Below, in pieces: positions 1-11,174 of a stretch of DNA of 64,000 bases (within the stretch, counting starts at the first letter, position 1; each line of letters starts with the position of its first letter). The position numbers and the translations under genes were made by a program. Below the pieces are notes generated by a model. The model ran no database searches, was not told the DNA's origin, and worked only from the letters and a program-made list of their open reading frames with translations. This DNA comes from an uncultured Gammaproteobacteria bacterium (GTDB taxonomy: Bacteria; Pseudomonadota; Gammaproteobacteria; UBA9214), in NCBI GenBank assembly GCA_963827755.1, contig CAWHCQ010000044.1, forward strand, positions 1-64,000, written 5' to 3'.

Positions 1-91
1 CTGCTTCAAAATGATCGCCCTCACCCCTGATTTCTACCCGCGCATCAGGGATACCTGCCTTGATCAATGCTTCCAGTTCACTGCCTGTCAT
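1..91 (-). CDS. ibaG: BolA/IbaG family protein, N-terminal part, truncated by window edge
   Basis: Manual translation from ATG at 91 gives MTGSELEALIKAGIPDARVEIRGEGDHFEA; the GxGxHF motif and position downstream of mlaB fit IbaG. Not in the ORF track. Confidence 0.8.
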   Translation of the reverse strand, partial: MTGSELEALIKAGIPDARVEIRGEGDHFEA

Positions 92-210
92 AAAGATAAT
101 CTCCCGTTGTGAGTCCCCGGCCCGGGCTGCATCCCGGCGAATATCAATCCCGCAAAGAACAGCGAACAGTTGGCCGGCCGACAAGTCGACGTGTGCGAAA
201 GACCCGCCGC

Positions 211-513
211 TTACTTTTCAAATGAAAGAATTCCATCCAGCCCACAAAGCCTGGCTATGGCCAATAGCTGCTGCGGGACATTGGTAAAGGTGATCACCCT
301 GCCGGCGCGTTCTGATTCACGCAGCCATTCAACCAGCAACGCCAGGCCGGCACTGTCAGCCCGGGTAACGCCCCGCAGATCAACCTGGACTTCCCGGCTG
401 CCTGTAAAACCTTTCTTCGACGACTTCAGTACTGCGGGTACCGATGAAAAACTCAGATCGCCCTCGAGCAACCAGCGCCCCTTGCCCGCCACAGTCAGCA
501 CGGGTTCAGCCAC
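211..513 (-). CDS. mlaB: MlaB STAS-domain protein
   Basis: 100 aa with VDLRGVTRADSAGLALL STAS motif; mla operon context. Confidence 0.9.
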   Translation of the reverse strand: MAEPVLTVAGKGRWLLEGDLSFSSVPAVLKSSKKGFTGSREVQVDLRGVTRADSAGLALLVEWLRESERAGRVITFTNVPQQLLAIARLCGLDGILSFEK

Positions 514-1144
514 TGGCCTGCACCGTGTTACGCCGCTTCATCTGCCTGATCAGGCTGTCCATACCCTCTGTGCGAATGATCCGGCCGAACGAGGAGCGAT
601 AATTCGTCACCAGGCTGACCCCGTTGAAAGCAACATCATAAACCTTCCAGCCATCACCACCCAGGTACATGGAGTATGCTACCGGGACGCTGGTGTTATC
701 ACTCAGTTCTATCTCGGTGCGCACTGTCACGCTGTCGGTATCTGCCTCATCACCGGCAGGGAGATAAACGACCTTCTCACCGGCATAATCGGACAGCGCC
801 CGCCCGTAAGTGCGCACCAGCAGGGCACGAAACTCCATTACAAAACTTTCACGCTGTTCCGCGGTTGCCGTACGCCAGTATTTCCCGAGCACCCACTGGC
901 TCATGCGCCTGAAATCGAAATACGGCAGGACGATTTCCTCGACCAGCCTGTCAAGAGCGGCAGGATCTGCGGTAATAACACCACCTTCATCCTGCAGCGC
1001 TATCAGCATACGCGACGAGGTATCCCGGACAAGCTCAAGGGGCGAAATATCATGTGCCGATGCAGACGCGGCGAACAGCGTGAGAAAAGCCGCCATCAAA
1101 AGCGCTGCCCGGGGGTGGCGGCTGGCTGCACCAGGAGACAACAT
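506..1144 (-). CDS. mlaC: MlaC periplasmic phospholipid-binding protein
   Basis: Signal peptide, FDFRRMSQWVLGKYW and WKVYDVAFNGVSLVTNYRSSF motifs; ATG at 1144 chosen as start. Confidence 0.9.
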   Translation of the reverse strand: MLSPGAASRHPRAALLMAAFLTLFAASASAHDISPLELVRDTSSRMLIALQDEGGVITADPAALDRLVEEIVLPYFDFRRMSQWVLGKYWRTATAEQRESFVMEFRALLVRTYGRALSDYAGEKVVYLPAGDEADTDSVTVRTEIELSDNTSVPVAYSMYLGGDGWKVYDVAFNGVSLVTNYRSSFGRIIRTEGMDSLIRQMKRRNTVQASG

Positions 1145-1148
1145 CTGC

Positions 1149-1625
1149 TTACTGCTTCGGCTCACTGCTTGTCATGCTGTACAGAAACTGCCCGATGATC
1201 TGCTCCAGCACCAGCGCCGACTGCGTCAGCTGTATCCTGCTGCCGTCGACGAGGTTTTTCATCGCGCCGCCAGGTTCAAGGGCAATATACTGCTCGCCGA
1301 GGAGCCCCGAGGTAAAAATGCTTGCCGTGGTGTCCTCGGGAAACCTGTCATAGGCACTGTCGATGCGCATGATCACGACCGCCTCGTAGGCTTGCAGGTC
1401 ATAATCAATGGCATCGATACGTCCGACACGTACGCCGGAGACGGTAACCGGCGCGCGCACCTTGAGTCCGCCTACATTTGAAAATGTCGCTGAAATGCGA
1501 TAGCTGTCGCCATCGCCGCCACCGATAGTGCCCAGGTTGCTGACTTGCATGGCAAGCATGAACAACGCCGCAATACCCAGCGCGACAAACACCCCGACCC
1601 CGATCTCTATTGCCCTGTTATTCAC
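1149..1625 (-). CDS. mlaD: MlaD MCE-domain protein
   Basis: N-terminal TM helix, GGLKVRAPVTVSGVRVG and TSGLLGEQYI MCE motifs. Confidence 0.95.
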   Translation of the reverse strand: MNNRAIEIGVGVFVALGIAALFMLAMQVSNLGTIGGGDGDSYRISATFSNVGGLKVRAPVTVSGVRVGRIDAIDYDLQAYEAVVIMRIDSAYDRFPEDTTASIFTSGLLGEQYIALEPGGAMKNLVDGSRIQLTQSALVLEQIIGQFLYSMTSSEPKQ

Positions 1626-1628
1626 CTG

Positions 1629-2411
1629 CTATTCTCCAAACATCAGTGCTGTCAACACGAAATCCAGCCCCAGCACAGCCAGGGAGGTATGCACCACCGT
1701 GCGTGTCGTTGCGCGGCTGACGCCTTCTGCTGTAGGTACCGCATCATATCCTTCAAACAATGCAATCCACACGGCGACAAAACCGAAGACGATACTCTTG
1801 ATTACACCGTTGTATATATCGCCCGACAAATCGACCTGACCCTGCATCTGCGACCAGTACGCACCATCATCAACACCTAGCAAACCGACACCTACGAAGT
1901 GACCGCCATAGACACCCACGGCACTGAAGACAGCCGCCAGCAGCGGCATGCTGATGAAGCCGGCCAGAAATCGTGGCGCGATCACGCGGCGGATCGGGTC
2001 GACGGCCATCATCTCCATGCCGGACAGCTGTTCCGTAGCCTTCATCAGGCCGATTTCCGCTGTCAGCGCGGAGCCGGCACGACCGGCAAATAACAGTGCC
2101 GTCACCACCGGGCCGAGTTCACGCACCAGCGACAGGGCCACCATGACACCGAGCGATTCCTCGGCACCGAAATCAACCAGCGTATTGTAACCCTGCAGAC
2201 CGAGCACCATACCGACAAACAGTCCGGATACCAGAATAATTACCAGCGTCAGCACACCCACCGCGAACAGCTGATTCAATAACAATCGTGGCCTTGGCAG
2301 CACCGAGGGAATACTCGCCAGGGTCTGCACAAGGAACAGGTGGGCACGTCCGAGGCGCTCGAAAAAGCCGATGCTTGCCTTTCCAAGACCCTGAAAACCG
2401 TCAAGCATCAT
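1629..2411 (-). CDS. mlaE: MlaE ABC permease
   Basis: [28 protein letters not shown] signature. Confidence 0.95.
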   Translation of the reverse strand: MMLDGFQGLGKASIGFFERLGRAHLFLVQTLASIPSVLPRPRLLLNQLFAVGVLTLVIILVSGLFVGMVLGLQGYNTLVDFGAEESLGVMVALSLVRELGPVVTALLFAGRAGSALTAEIGLMKATEQLSGMEMMAVDPIRRVIAPRFLAGFISMPLLAAVFSAVGVYGGHFVGVGLLGVDDGAYWSQMQGQVDLSGDIYNGVIKSIVFGFVAVWIALFEGYDAVPTAEGVSRATTRTVVHTSLAVLGLDFVLTALMFGE

Positions 2412-3238
2412 GAATTCGTCCCCTTGCCCAGCAGGTCATCCCTGAAATCGGGGGCCGGATAGTGAAAGGCCACCGGACCGTCCGGCAATGCATTCAGAAA
2501 CTGTTGTGACCATTGCGAGGCCGAGCGCCACAGATTTTTCGGTTTGCCGTGGTCCACTACCCTGCCATTCGAGAGCAAGTACACATAGTCCGCAATCGCC
2601 GCCGTTTCCTGAACGTCATGCGACACCACGATACTGGTCAGGTTCAACGCATCGTTGAGTTCGCGTATCAACTTGACCAGCACACCCATGCTGATCGGAT
2701 CCTGCCCGGTAAACGGCTCGTCATACAAGATCATCTTCGGATCCAGCGCAATCGCTCTTGCCAGGGCCACCCGCCGGGCCATGCCACCCGACAATTCATT
2801 CGGCATCAGGGCGGCCGCACCACGCAAACCGACGGCCTGCAATTTCATCAGCACCAGGTCACGAATGAGCGCCTCCGGCAAGCGGGTATGTTCACGGATC
2901 GGGTAGGCGACATTTTCAAAAACCGAAATATCCGTCAGCAGGGCGCCACTCTGAAAGAGCATACCCATCCACCTGCGCAACCGGTACAGGTCCCTGCGAT
3001 TCAGGGCCGGCACCTGTTGCCCGTAGACGCGGATTGAACCGGATTGCGGACGCAACTGGCCGCCGATCAGTTTCAACAGCGTGGTCTTGCCGCTACCGCT
3101 CGGCCCCATGATTGCGGTCACACAACCCGGCATAATGTCCAGGTCAATACCGTCAAATACCACACGGTCGCCGTGCGCAAATCTCAGGTCACGAATCTGC
3201 ACCACGGGGTCCTGCCTTTTTATACTGGCTTGTTTCAT
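2408..3238 (-). CDS. mlaF: MlaF ABC ATPase
   Basis: Walker [14 protein letters not shown] signature, [10 protein letters not shown]; start trimmed to ATG 3238. Confidence 0.95.
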   Translation of the reverse strand: MKQASIKRQDPVVQIRDLRFAHGDRVVFDGIDLDIMPGCVTAIMGPSGSGKTTLLKLIGGQLRPQSGSIRVYGQQVPALNRRDLYRLRRWMGMLFQSGALLTDISVFENVAYPIREHTRLPEALIRDLVLMKLQAVGLRGAAALMPNELSGGMARRVALARAIALDPKMILYDEPFTGQDPISMGVLVKLIRELNDALNLTSIVVSHDVQETAAIADYVYLLSNGRVVDHGKPKNLWRSASQWSQQFLNALPDGPVAFHYPAPDFRDDLLGKGTNS

Positions 3239-3444
3239 CCTTAAACCCGCTGGGAAAGATAAACAGGGTGCGAAGAGGCCCGCACGCACATTTGGCGCGG
3301 CCGCGTCGACGTGTATGATAAAACAGTTCGCCCTCCGGCGTTGCATGGAAAGTACAGAATTTATGACCGACGGCCTTATGAATACCTGCCAGGCAACCTG
3401 CCGGCAATGAGTACTGCGCAGTCCCCGCACCCCATTCGGGTTTC

Positions 3445-4422
3445 ATGCTCATGTTGATTGAAATCCTGGCGATTGCAGGCGGTTTTGTCCTGCTCACATG
3501 GAGCGCCGACCGCTTCGTGGTCGGTGCCAGCGCCCTGGCATACAACCTGAACATATCTCCCCTGATCATCGGCCTGACCATCGTCAGCTTCGGCACGTCC
3601 GCACCGGAAATACTGGTGTCGGTAATGGCCTCCTGGCAGGGCAATACCGGTCTCGCCATCGGTAACGCCATTGGTTCGAATATCACCAATACAACCCTGA
3701 TCCTCGGGATTACGGCACTGGCCGTACCACTGAGCGTCAAGTCGAGCATCCTGCGCCGCGAACTACCCGTCCTCGTCCTGATTACGACGGTCGCCCTGCT
3801 ATTGCTGCTCGACGGCACGCTCGGGCGCCTGGACGGCGTAATACTGTTGACCGGTGTGTGCGTGATGATGGCCTGGATGATTCACCTTGCCCGTAAAACA
3901 CAGTCACAAACCGATGCCATCGGCAAGGAATTCGCCGCGGAGGTCCCGACCGACATGGGCGTAGCGGATGCGTCTTTCTGGTTTGTCCTGGGGGCCTTGC
4001 TGTTGCTGGTCAGCTCCCGAATACTGGTCTGGGGATCAGTCTCCATTGCGCAAAAGCTGGGTATCAGCGACCTGATCATCGGCCTCACCATCGTCGCCCT
4101 CGGCACCAGTTTGCCGGAGCTGGCGGCCACCCTGATGAGTGCCGTCAAAAAAGAACATGACATCGCCCTGGGCAACATCATCGGCTCCAATATTTTCAAC
4201 CTGCTTGCCGTCCTCGGCGTACCGGGCCTGATTTACCCCGCTGCATTCGACCCTGAGGTACTGACCCGCGACTACCCGGTCATGTTCCTGGTGATCCTGA
4301 TGATGTTCGTGATGTCTTACGGATTCCGGGGCCCGGGACGCATCAATCGGCTCGAAGGGGCCATCCTGGTGATGTGCTATGTCGCCTACCAGACCCTGTT
4401 ATACTTCAACGCCATTGGCTAG
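3445..4422 (+). CDS. yrbG: Calcium/sodium antiporter (YrbG)
   Basis: Two alpha-repeats (GTSAPE...GSNI and GTSLPE...GSNI); conserved position before kdsD. Confidence 0.9.
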   Translation: MLMLIEILAIAGGFVLLTWSADRFVVGASALAYNLNISPLIIGLTIVSFGTSAPEILVSVMASWQGNTGLAIGNAIGSNITNTTLILGITALAVPLSVKSSILRRELPVLVLITTVALLLLLDGTLGRLDGVILLTGVCVMMAWMIHLARKTQSQTDAIGKEFAAEVPTDMGVADASFWFVLGALLLLVSSRILVWGSVSIAQKLGISDLIIGLTIVALGTSLPELAATLMSAVKKEHDIALGNIIGSNIFNLLAVLGVPGLIYPAAFDPEVLTRDYPVMFLVILMMFVMSYGFRGPGRINRLEGAILVMCYVAYQTLLYFNAIG

Positions 4423-4495
4423 CCTCCCCGGCGACGCCCCCGGAGTACCGCAAGCAACCTGTTCAAGCAATTGATTTTTAAATATAAATATCCGC

Positions 4496-5470
4496 ATGAG
4501 TGAAAAGAGACTGCAAGAGCTCGGACGCGCCGTTATCGATACCGAGGCGCGCGCCATCAGCGGGCTGGCAACACAGGTCAACAAACCCTCTTTTATCCAG
4601 GCATGCCGGTTGATGCTCGCCTGCAAGGGCCGCGTCGTCGTCATCGGCATGGGCAAATCCGGCCACATCGCCGGCAAGATTGCCGCGACACTCGCGAGCA
4701 CGGGGACGCCGGCATTTTTTGTCCATCCCGGCGAGGCCAGCCATGGTGACCTCGGCATGATTACCGCCGCGGATGTAGTGCTGGCACTCTCCAACTCGGG
4801 TGAAACCGATGAAATCATTACCATCCTGCCAATCATCAAAAGGCTTGATGTGCCCCTGATTGCCATGACCGGTAACCCCGAATCAACCCTTGCACAGGCA
4901 GCGGAAGCGAACATCGATGTTTCCGTCGAAAAGGAAGCCTGCCCGCTCGGTCTTGCACCGACTGCCAGCACCACGGCTGCACTTGCCATGGGCGATGCGC
5001 TGGCTGTGGCCATGCTGGAAACCCGGGGCTTTACCGAAGAGGATTTTGCACGTTCCCATCCCGGCGGCTCGCTCGGACGACGTTTATTGCTGCTGATCGA
5101 CGACCTGATGCATACCGGCGACACCATTCCCCGTGTAAATGCCGACACCCCGCTGAGTGCGGCACTGGTGGAAATGACGCGCAAAGGCCTGGGCATGACT
5201 GCGATTGTTGACGGAAACAACAAACTCCTCGGCATTTTTACAGACGGCGACCTGAGACGCACCATCGACAACAAGGTTGACCTGCATACCGCCATGGCCC
5301 GGGATGTCATGACGCGAAACTGCACGGCCATTCATACCGGTATGCTGGCGGCTGAAGCACTGCAGATTATGGATAGCGCCAAAATCAATGCACTGCCCGT
5401 CGTAAACGAGGCCAATCAACTGATCGGCGCCCTCAACATGCATGACCTGCTGCGCGCCGGTGTCGTCTAG
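4496..5470 (+). CDS. kdsD: Arabinose-5-phosphate isomerase (SIS + CBS)
   Basis: GMGKSGHI, HPGEASHGDLG, HPGGSLG motifs. Confidence 0.95.
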   Translation: MSEKRLQELGRAVIDTEARAISGLATQVNKPSFIQACRLMLACKGRVVVIGMGKSGHIAGKIAATLASTGTPAFFVHPGEASHGDLGMITAADVVLALSNSGETDEIITILPIIKRLDVPLIAMTGNPESTLAQAAEANIDVSVEKEACPLGLAPTASTTAALAMGDALAVAMLETRGFTEEDFARSHPGGSLGRRLLLLIDDLMHTGDTIPRVNADTPLSAALVEMTRKGLGMTAIVDGNNKLLGIFTDGDLRRTIDNKVDLHTAMARDVMTRNCTAIHTGMLAAEALQIMDSAKINALPVVNEANQLIGALNMHDLLRAGVV

Positions 5471-5491
5471 CGGAAACCGGGAAACTTTATT

Positions 5492-6013
5492 ATGAAAGAT
5501 ATACTCGAAAAGGCCTCAGGCATTCGTTTACTGATTTTTGATGTTGACGGTGTACTCACCGATGGCAGCCTGTCGATCGGTGACGATGGACAGGAATACA
5601 AGACCTTTAATTCACGTGACGGTCATGGCATCAAGATGCTGCAGAAACACGGTGTCATCATTGCGATCATCACCGGGCGCACCTCACGCGTGGTCGAACA
5701 CCGCATGGAAAACCTCGGGGTTTCCCATGTCTACCAGGGGAAACTTGAAAAACTGCCGGCCTTCGAGGAACTGATTGCCAAACTCGGGATTCCGGAAGAA
5801 CAGACCGCCTACGTCGGGGATGACGTGGTTGACCTGCCGGTAATGCGCCGGGTCGGCCTTGCCATTGCGGTACAGGATGCCCATGAACTGGTACGCCAGC
5901 ACAGTCACTGGCAAACGCCCAGCCGCGGTGGACGTGGTGCCGCGCGTGATGTTTGCGAAATGCTCATGCAAGCAAGGGGGGTGCTCGAGGATGAACTGGG
6001 CAGTTACCTGTGA
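5492..6013 (+). CDS. kdsC: KDO-8-phosphate phosphatase
   Basis: HAD motif FDVDGVLTDG, GDDVVD, GGRGAAR. Confidence 0.95.
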   Translation: MKDILEKASGIRLLIFDVDGVLTDGSLSIGDDGQEYKTFNSRDGHGIKMLQKHGVIIAIITGRTSRVVEHRMENLGVSHVYQGKLEKLPAFEELIAKLGIPEEQTAYVGDDVVDLPVMRRVGLAIAVQDAHELVRQHSHWQTPSRGGRGAARDVCEMLMQARGVLEDELGSYL

Positions 6014-6561
6014 GCACCAGACAAACCATCATTATGCTGCTGCTGTTTCTGGTTATTGCCAGCGGCTGGTTCCTGCGCAATATGGAAACCGCGAGTCCGG
6101 TTGCTGCCGACAAAAAGCGCGGGCCTGACATGTTTGCCGATCAGGTAGAGGTTACCGTCATGGATGATTCCGGCCAGCCCGCATACCGCATCACGGCGGA
6201 TCAGCTGGTACATTCCCCTGACAGCGAAAGCTTCGACCTGACCCGGCCCTATATCGAGGTCAAACGTCCCGCCGGGAACAACTGGAATATTGCCTCCGAA
6301 CGCGGACAAATGACCGAAAAAGGCGACCTCTTGTGGTTTCTCGGCGAGGTGAACATCCACCGCAAGGGCGGCACTGCCTTGCACATACGCACCCGCGATG
6401 TCCAGGTTAAACCCGGGGAAGAATTGGCCGAAACAGATAGTGCGGCCACCATATCTGCGGCGCTTTACAAGATTGATGCCGTTGGTTTAAAAGCAGATTT
6501 CAGAAACAGGCTGCTGGAACTCCGCTCCCGCGTACATGGCACTATCCATGCCGCGAGCTAG
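6010..6561 (+). CDS. lptC: LPS export protein LptC
   Basis: N-terminal TM anchor followed by beta-rich domain; lies between kdsC and lptA. Confidence 0.85.
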   Translation: MSTRQTIIMLLLFLVIASGWFLRNMETASPVAADKKRGPDMFADQVEVTVMDDSGQPAYRITADQLVHSPDSESFDLTRPYIEVKRPAGNNWNIASERGQMTEKGDLLWFLGEVNIHRKGGTALHIRTRDVQVKPGEELAETDSAATISAALYKIDAVGLKADFRNRLLELRSRVHGTIHAAS

Positions 6562-7090
6562 CTTGATGCCAGGAAGACTGTTGCAAGTCGCTGCCCTGCT
6601 GCTGTTCATACCACTGGCAAGCCATGGACTGGATAGCGATCGCAACGAGCCGATACATATCGAGGCTGACCGGGCAATGCTTGACGAAAAGGAAGAAACC
6701 AGCATCTATGAAGGCAATGTACAGTTACGCCAGGGCTCATTCAGGCTGCAGGGCGACAGCATGACGGTCTACCTGGAGAATAAACAGGTAGGCAGAATCA
6801 TGCTGACCGGTGACCCGGCAAGCATGCAGCAGCGCCGCGACGACAGTGCCACCGATCAGCACGCTGAAGCCGACAGCATTGACTACAACGCTGCCGATGA
6901 ACGCTTAATCCTGCAGGGTAACGCGCGCATCTGGAAAATTGGTGAAGAAGAATTCAGTAGCGAGCGCATTGTTTTCAACCTGAAAGACAATACGGTCAAC
7001 GCAGGCGGCAAGAACAGCGAAGACCGCGTTCACATTATCCTGCAACCAAAAAACAAAGCTGGTAACAGCGAAGACACAAACAAGCAATGA
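6548..7090 (+). CDS. lptA: LPS transport periplasmic protein LptA
   Basis: Signal peptide, PIHIEAD and [10 protein letters not shown]; exact start uncertain. Confidence 0.9.
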   Translation: MPRASLMPGRLLQVAALLLFIPLASHGLDSDRNEPIHIEADRAMLDEKEETSIYEGNVQLRQGSFRLQGDSMTVYLENKQVGRIMLTGDPASMQQRRDDSATDQHAEADSIDYNAADERLILQGNARIWKIGEEEFSSERIVFNLKDNTVNAGGKNSEDRVHIILQPKNKAGNSEDTNKQ

Positions 7091-7812
7091 GCCTGCTCAC
7101 CATAACCAGTCTTGGCAAGAGCTACCAGTCGCGGCGCGTGGTTGACGACGTTTCGATGACCATCGAAAGCGGCCAGGTCATCGGCTTGCTGGGTCCGAAC
7201 GGCGCAGGCAAAACGACATGCTTCCACATGATTGTCGGCCTGGTTCCCTGCGGTGAAGGCCGTATTGAACTTGATAACATTGACCTGACCGGCCAGCCCA
7301 TGCACGTACGCGCATTGCACGGGCTTGGCTATCTCCCGCAGGAGGCCTCTGTATTCAGAAAACTGACGGTGGCCGAAAACATCCTCGCAGTACTGGAAAT
7401 CCGCAAGGACCTGGACAAACAGGACCGCCAGGAAACACTTGAATCGCTGCTGCATGAACTGCATATCGGCCATCTGGCAGAACAGCCCGGCATGAGCCTC
7501 TCGGGCGGTGAGCGCCGCCGCGTCGAGATTGCACGCGCGCTGGCCGCCAACCCGCGCTTTATGCTGCTCGACGAACCGTTCGCCGGTGTAGACCCGATTT
7601 CTGTAGTTGATATACAGCAGATCATCCTGCACTTGAGCGAGCGCGGCATCGGCGTCCTGATTACCGACCATAATGTCAGGGAAACGCTCGGCATCTGTCA
7701 CCATGCCTACATCCTTAATGAAGGCCGGGTCATCGCTGCGGGCGCGCCGCAGGCGATTCTCGCCGACCAGCAGGTACGCGATGTCTACCTGGGCAATGAT
7801 TTCAGGTTGTAA
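7087..7812 (+). CDS. lptB: LPS export ABC ATPase
   Basis: [36 protein letters not shown]-terminus. Confidence 0.97.
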   Translation: MSLLTITSLGKSYQSRRVVDDVSMTIESGQVIGLLGPNGAGKTTCFHMIVGLVPCGEGRIELDNIDLTGQPMHVRALHGLGYLPQEASVFRKLTVAENILAVLEIRKDLDKQDRQETLESLLHELHIGHLAEQPGMSLSGGERRRVEIARALAANPRFMLLDEPFAGVDPISVVDIQQIILHLSERGIGVLITDHNVRETLGICHHAYILNEGRVIAAGAPQAILADQQVRDVYLGNDFRL

Positions 7813-7841
7813 TCCAATGATATACAAGGAGGCTTTTCATC

Positions 7842-7864
7842 TGGCACGGAAAATGCCCTATACT
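7842..7864 (+). promoter_or_regulatory. Sigma54-type -24/-12 site (TGGCACGGAAAATGC) abutting a sigma70-like -10 (TATACT) upstream of rpoN
   Basis: 7842-7856 matches TGGCACG-N4-TTGC with one mismatch; TATACT at 7859-7864. Confidence 0.6.
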
Positions 7865-7911
7865 CGGAACAGGAGCTGCGGAGGTTTCCGGCTGCTCCGG
7901 AAAAACGACTC

Positions 7912-9363
7912 ATGAAGCAGACTCTCCAACTACGCATCGGTCAGCAACTGGCCATGACTCCCCAGCTGCAGCAGGCAATCCGGCTGTTACAGCTCTCCAC
8001 CCTTGAATTGAAAAGTGAAGTACAGGAAGCGCTTGAATCCAACCCGATGCTGGAACAGGAGGATGGCGACAACGACTTGCCGGAAGATCCAGGGAATAAC
8101 ACCGGGAACGACAGCAGCGAGAGCGCGCCTGGAGCAGAAGGCAGTAGCGAAAATATTCCCGATGAACTACCGACAGACAGCAACTGGGATGATGTATTCG
8201 ATACGGGAGCGAGTGCTTTCAGCGCCCCTGAGCAGGGAGCCAATCGCGATATTTATGACACCATCACTGTCAGCAGTGGTGGCATCCAGGGTCATCTGAC
8301 ATGGCAACTTGAACTGACACACCTCTCGGAAACCGATGTGCAGATCGCCCGTACAATTATCGACTCCATCGATGACTCCGGCTACCTGGCCGCCGATATC
8401 AACGAAATCCACGAGGAACTGGATAAACGCCTGGGTGTTGGCTTCGATGAGGTCGAGGCGGTACTGCACCGCATTCAGCAATTTGACCCGATCGGGGCTG
8501 GCGCCCGCGACCTGCAGGAATGCCTGCAGCTGCAGCTGCTGCAGTTCGACAAGGACACCCCCTGGCTCCCTGAAGCAACAATCCTGGTGAGGGACTATCT
8601 CGGGCTTCTGAGTCACCGTGATTTCAGCAAACTGGGCAAGAGAATGCAGCTGTCAACCGATGAGCTGGGCAAGGTCATCCAGTTCATACAGGCCCTGAAT
8701 CCCCGGCCCGGCTCACAGTTCAATGAAAACGAAGCTGAATATATTGTTCCGGATGTTTATGTCACGAAAAAGAACGGCAAGTGGACGGTCGATTTGAATA
8801 CTGACTCGATACCGAAACTGCGCATCAATTCCCTGTATGCCAACATGGTCAAGCGCGGCAACGACAGCAAGGACAATAATTACCTGCGCGACAACCTGCA
8901 GGAGGCACGCTGGTTCCTGAAAAGCCTGCAGAGCCGGCATGACACACTCCTGAAGGTGGCCAACTGCATCGTCGAGCGGCAGCGTGGCTTTCTCGATTAT
9001 GGTGAAGAGGCCATGAAGCCCCTGGTACTGCGCAGCATTGCCGAGACCATCGAAATGCATGAATCGACGATATCGCGGGTCACCACCCGGAAATACATGC
9101 ATACACCGCGGGGTATTTTCGAATTCAAGTTCTTTTTCTCAAGCCACGTCTCTACAGAAGCCGGTGGCGAGTGTTCAGCAACCGCAATCAGGGCTATCAT
9201 TAAGAAACTGGTCGCCGCCGAGAACCCCATGAAGCCTTTGAGCGACAACAAAATGGCGAGTGTACTCGCTGAACAGGGTATCAATGTTGCAAGACGTACC
9301 ATAGCCAAATACAGGGAATCACTTTCAATTTCCCCGTCAAACGAACGCAAACGCCTGGCATAG
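7912..9363 (+). CDS. rpoN: RNA polymerase sigma-54 factor
   Basis: [14 protein letters not shown] region [23 protein letters not shown] RpoN box. Confidence 0.98.
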   Translation: MKQTLQLRIGQQLAMTPQLQQAIRLLQLSTLELKSEVQEALESNPMLEQEDGDNDLPEDPGNNTGNDSSESAPGAEGSSENIPDELPTDSNWDDVFDTGASAFSAPEQGANRDIYDTITVSSGGIQGHLTWQLELTHLSETDVQIARTIIDSIDDSGYLAADINEIHEELDKRLGVGFDEVEAVLHRIQQFDPIGAGARDLQECLQLQLLQFDKDTPWLPEATILVRDYLGLLSHRDFSKLGKRMQLSTDELGKVIQFIQALNPRPGSQFNENEAEYIVPDVYVTKKNGKWTVDLNTDSIPKLRINSLYANMVKRGNDSKDNNYLRDNLQEARWFLKSLQSRHDTLLKVANCIVERQRGFLDYGEEAMKPLVLRSIAETIEMHESTISRVTTRKYMHTPRGIFEFKFFFSSHVSTEAGGECSATAIRAIIKKLVAAENPMKPLSDNKMASVLAEQGINVARRTIAKYRESLSISPSNERKRLA

Positions 9364-9387
9364 GCAGTTAATTAGAGGAGTGCCATT

Positions 9388-9708
9388 ATGCAATTGAATC
9401 TGACCGGACACCATGTTGACCTCACCACGCCAATGCGCGATTACGTGAACACCAAGATGGAGCGCCTTGAACGACACTTTGATCACGTGACGGACATCCA
9501 TGTCGTGCTGAGTGTCGAAAAAACCAGGCACAAGGCAGAGGCCACCATGAATGTCAGTGGTGGCAAGTTGTTTGCCGATTCCGTAGAGGCAGACATGTAT
9601 GCGGCCATTGACTCCCTTGTCGACAAGCTTGACCGGCAGGTCAAGAAGCACAAGGAAAAACTAACCGACCATCACCGCAGTGAAGGGTCCATCAGCAGGG
9701 ATTTGTAA
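9388..9708 (+). CDS. hpf: Ribosome hibernation promoting factor
   Basis: DMYAAIDSLVDKLDRQ motif; follows rpoN. Confidence 0.95.
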   Translation: MQLNLTGHHVDLTTPMRDYVNTKMERLERHFDHVTDIHVVLSVEKTRHKAEATMNVSGGKLFADSVEADMYAAIDSLVDKLDRQVKKHKEKLTDHHRSEGSISRDL

Positions 9709-9765
9709 CGGGCACACGCGGCAGCTACGCTGCTCAATGTGCTCATTACACAACACCGAACCATC

Positions 9766-10236
9766 ATGAATATAACCGATTTACTCGTCGCAGAACGGAT
9801 TGCCTGCAGCAACGAAGCCGCCAGCAAAAAGCGCATTCTTCAGGATCTTGCCGAGCTCTTGTCCGGGAGCATCCCGCTGTCCACGCAAAATGACATCTTT
9901 GACGCGCTGATCAGCCGCGAAAGACTTGGCAGTACCGGCATGGGCAAGGGCGTTGCCATACCGCATGGCAGGATGGCTACTCTCGCGGCACCCGTATGCG
10001 CATTCATCAAACTTGACGAGCCCGTGGAGTTCGATGCGTCAGATGGCCAGCCTGTCGACCTGGTCTTCGCCCTGCTGGTCCCGGAAGACTCCACCGAAGA
10101 ACATTTGCAGGTCCTGTCTACAATTGCCGAGATCTTCAGTAACCCGGTTATTTGCGCGTCATTGAGGAACTGCCACACCGGGCAATGTATTCTCGAACAG
10201 CTGTATCAATGGGAGAGCCAGCGAATTTCTGCATGA
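9766..10236 (+). CDS. ptsN: PTS IIA(Ntr)
   Basis: RERLGSTGMGKGVAIPHGR containing the phospho-His. Confidence 0.93.
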   Translation: MNITDLLVAERIACSNEAASKKRILQDLAELLSGSIPLSTQNDIFDALISRERLGSTGMGKGVAIPHGRMATLAAPVCAFIKLDEPVEFDASDGQPVDLVFALLVPEDSTEEHLQVLSTIAEIFSNPVICASLRNCHTGQCILEQLYQWESQRISA

Positions 10237-11174
10237 GTACCACGCTCGAAATAAGCACCCTCTACAACAGCCAGCGTGAGAAACTCGGGCTCCGCTGGAT
10301 AAGCGGCGAAGAACTTCAGCACCAGCTCGTGCACTCCAGCAAGGATTCTCCTGCCGATGTGTCTCTGGTCGGACATCTTAACCTGATCAACCCGCAGCGC
10401 GTCCAGGTACTTGGCAGCAAGGAGCTCGAATACCTGGAAAACCTGAAAAAAAATACCCGCAAGGACACGATTACCAGTCTGGTAACAGGACAATCCACCC
10501 TGGTGATCATTGCCAAGCAACTGGCAGCACCCGACGATCTGAAAACAGCCGCGGAAGAAAACAGCATCCCCATGCTCTCCTCAAAACTGCCAAGCGAAGA
10601 AGTCATCCGCAACCTGCAGTACTACCTGGGCAATTATTTCGCTGAAAAAATCACACTGCATGGTGTCTTCATGGAGGTGATGGGTACCGGTGTTTTAATA
10701 ACCGGCCATTCGAGTATCGGCAAAAGCGAACTGGCCCTCGAACTGCTGACCCGTGGACACCGCCTGATTGCTGATGACGCAACAGAATTTGCCCGCACCG
10801 CTCCGGACACCCTGAATGGAACATGCCCGGAAATGCTGCGTGATTTTCTTGAAGTTCGCGGGCTCGGCATTCTCAACGTGCGCGCCATGTTCGGGGCCAG
10901 CGCGATCAAGCAAAGTCGCAACCTGCGGCTGATAGTCGTGTTACAGGACATTGAAGACGCCGAAAAAATGGATCGCCTGCATGGCAGCAAACGGACACGC
11001 ACCATCCAGGATGTCGATATCCCGGAAATTACCCTGCCAGTGGCGCCAGGCAGAAACCTGGCCGTCCTGCTGGAAGTCGCGGTACGCAATCACATTCTCA
11101 ACATGAAGGGTTATGACGCAAGCCAGGCATTTATCGACCGACAAAAACGACGCCTGGAAAATGCACGCCAATGA
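10233..11174 (+). CDS. hprK: HPr kinase/phosphorylase
   Basis: HGVFMEV, GHSSIGKSELALEL, LIADD, LEVRGLGI, PVAPGRN; ATG overlaps ptsN stop. Confidence 0.95.
   Translation: MSTTLEISTLYNSQREKLGLRWISGEELQHQLVHSSKDSPADVSLVGHLNLINPQRVQVLGSKELEYLENLKKNTRKDTITSLVTGQSTLVIIAKQLAAPDDLKTAAEENSIPMLSSKLPSEEVIRNLQYYLGNYFAEKITLHGVFMEVMGTGVLITGHSSIGKSELALELLTRGHRLIADDATEFARTAPDTLNGTCPEMLRDFLEVRGLGILNVRAMFGASAIKQSRNLRLIVVLQDIEDAEKMDRLHGSKRTRTIQDVDIPEITLPVAPGRNLAVLLEVAVRNHILNMKGYDASQAFIDRQKRRLENARQ

Noticed and set aside
170-1198. Long antisense ORFs, e.g. 170-1198, 4399-5331, 12896-13885, 21386-22255, 43931-44848
   Set aside because: They are shadow frames of well-conserved genes in GC-rich DNA and carry no recognisable motifs.
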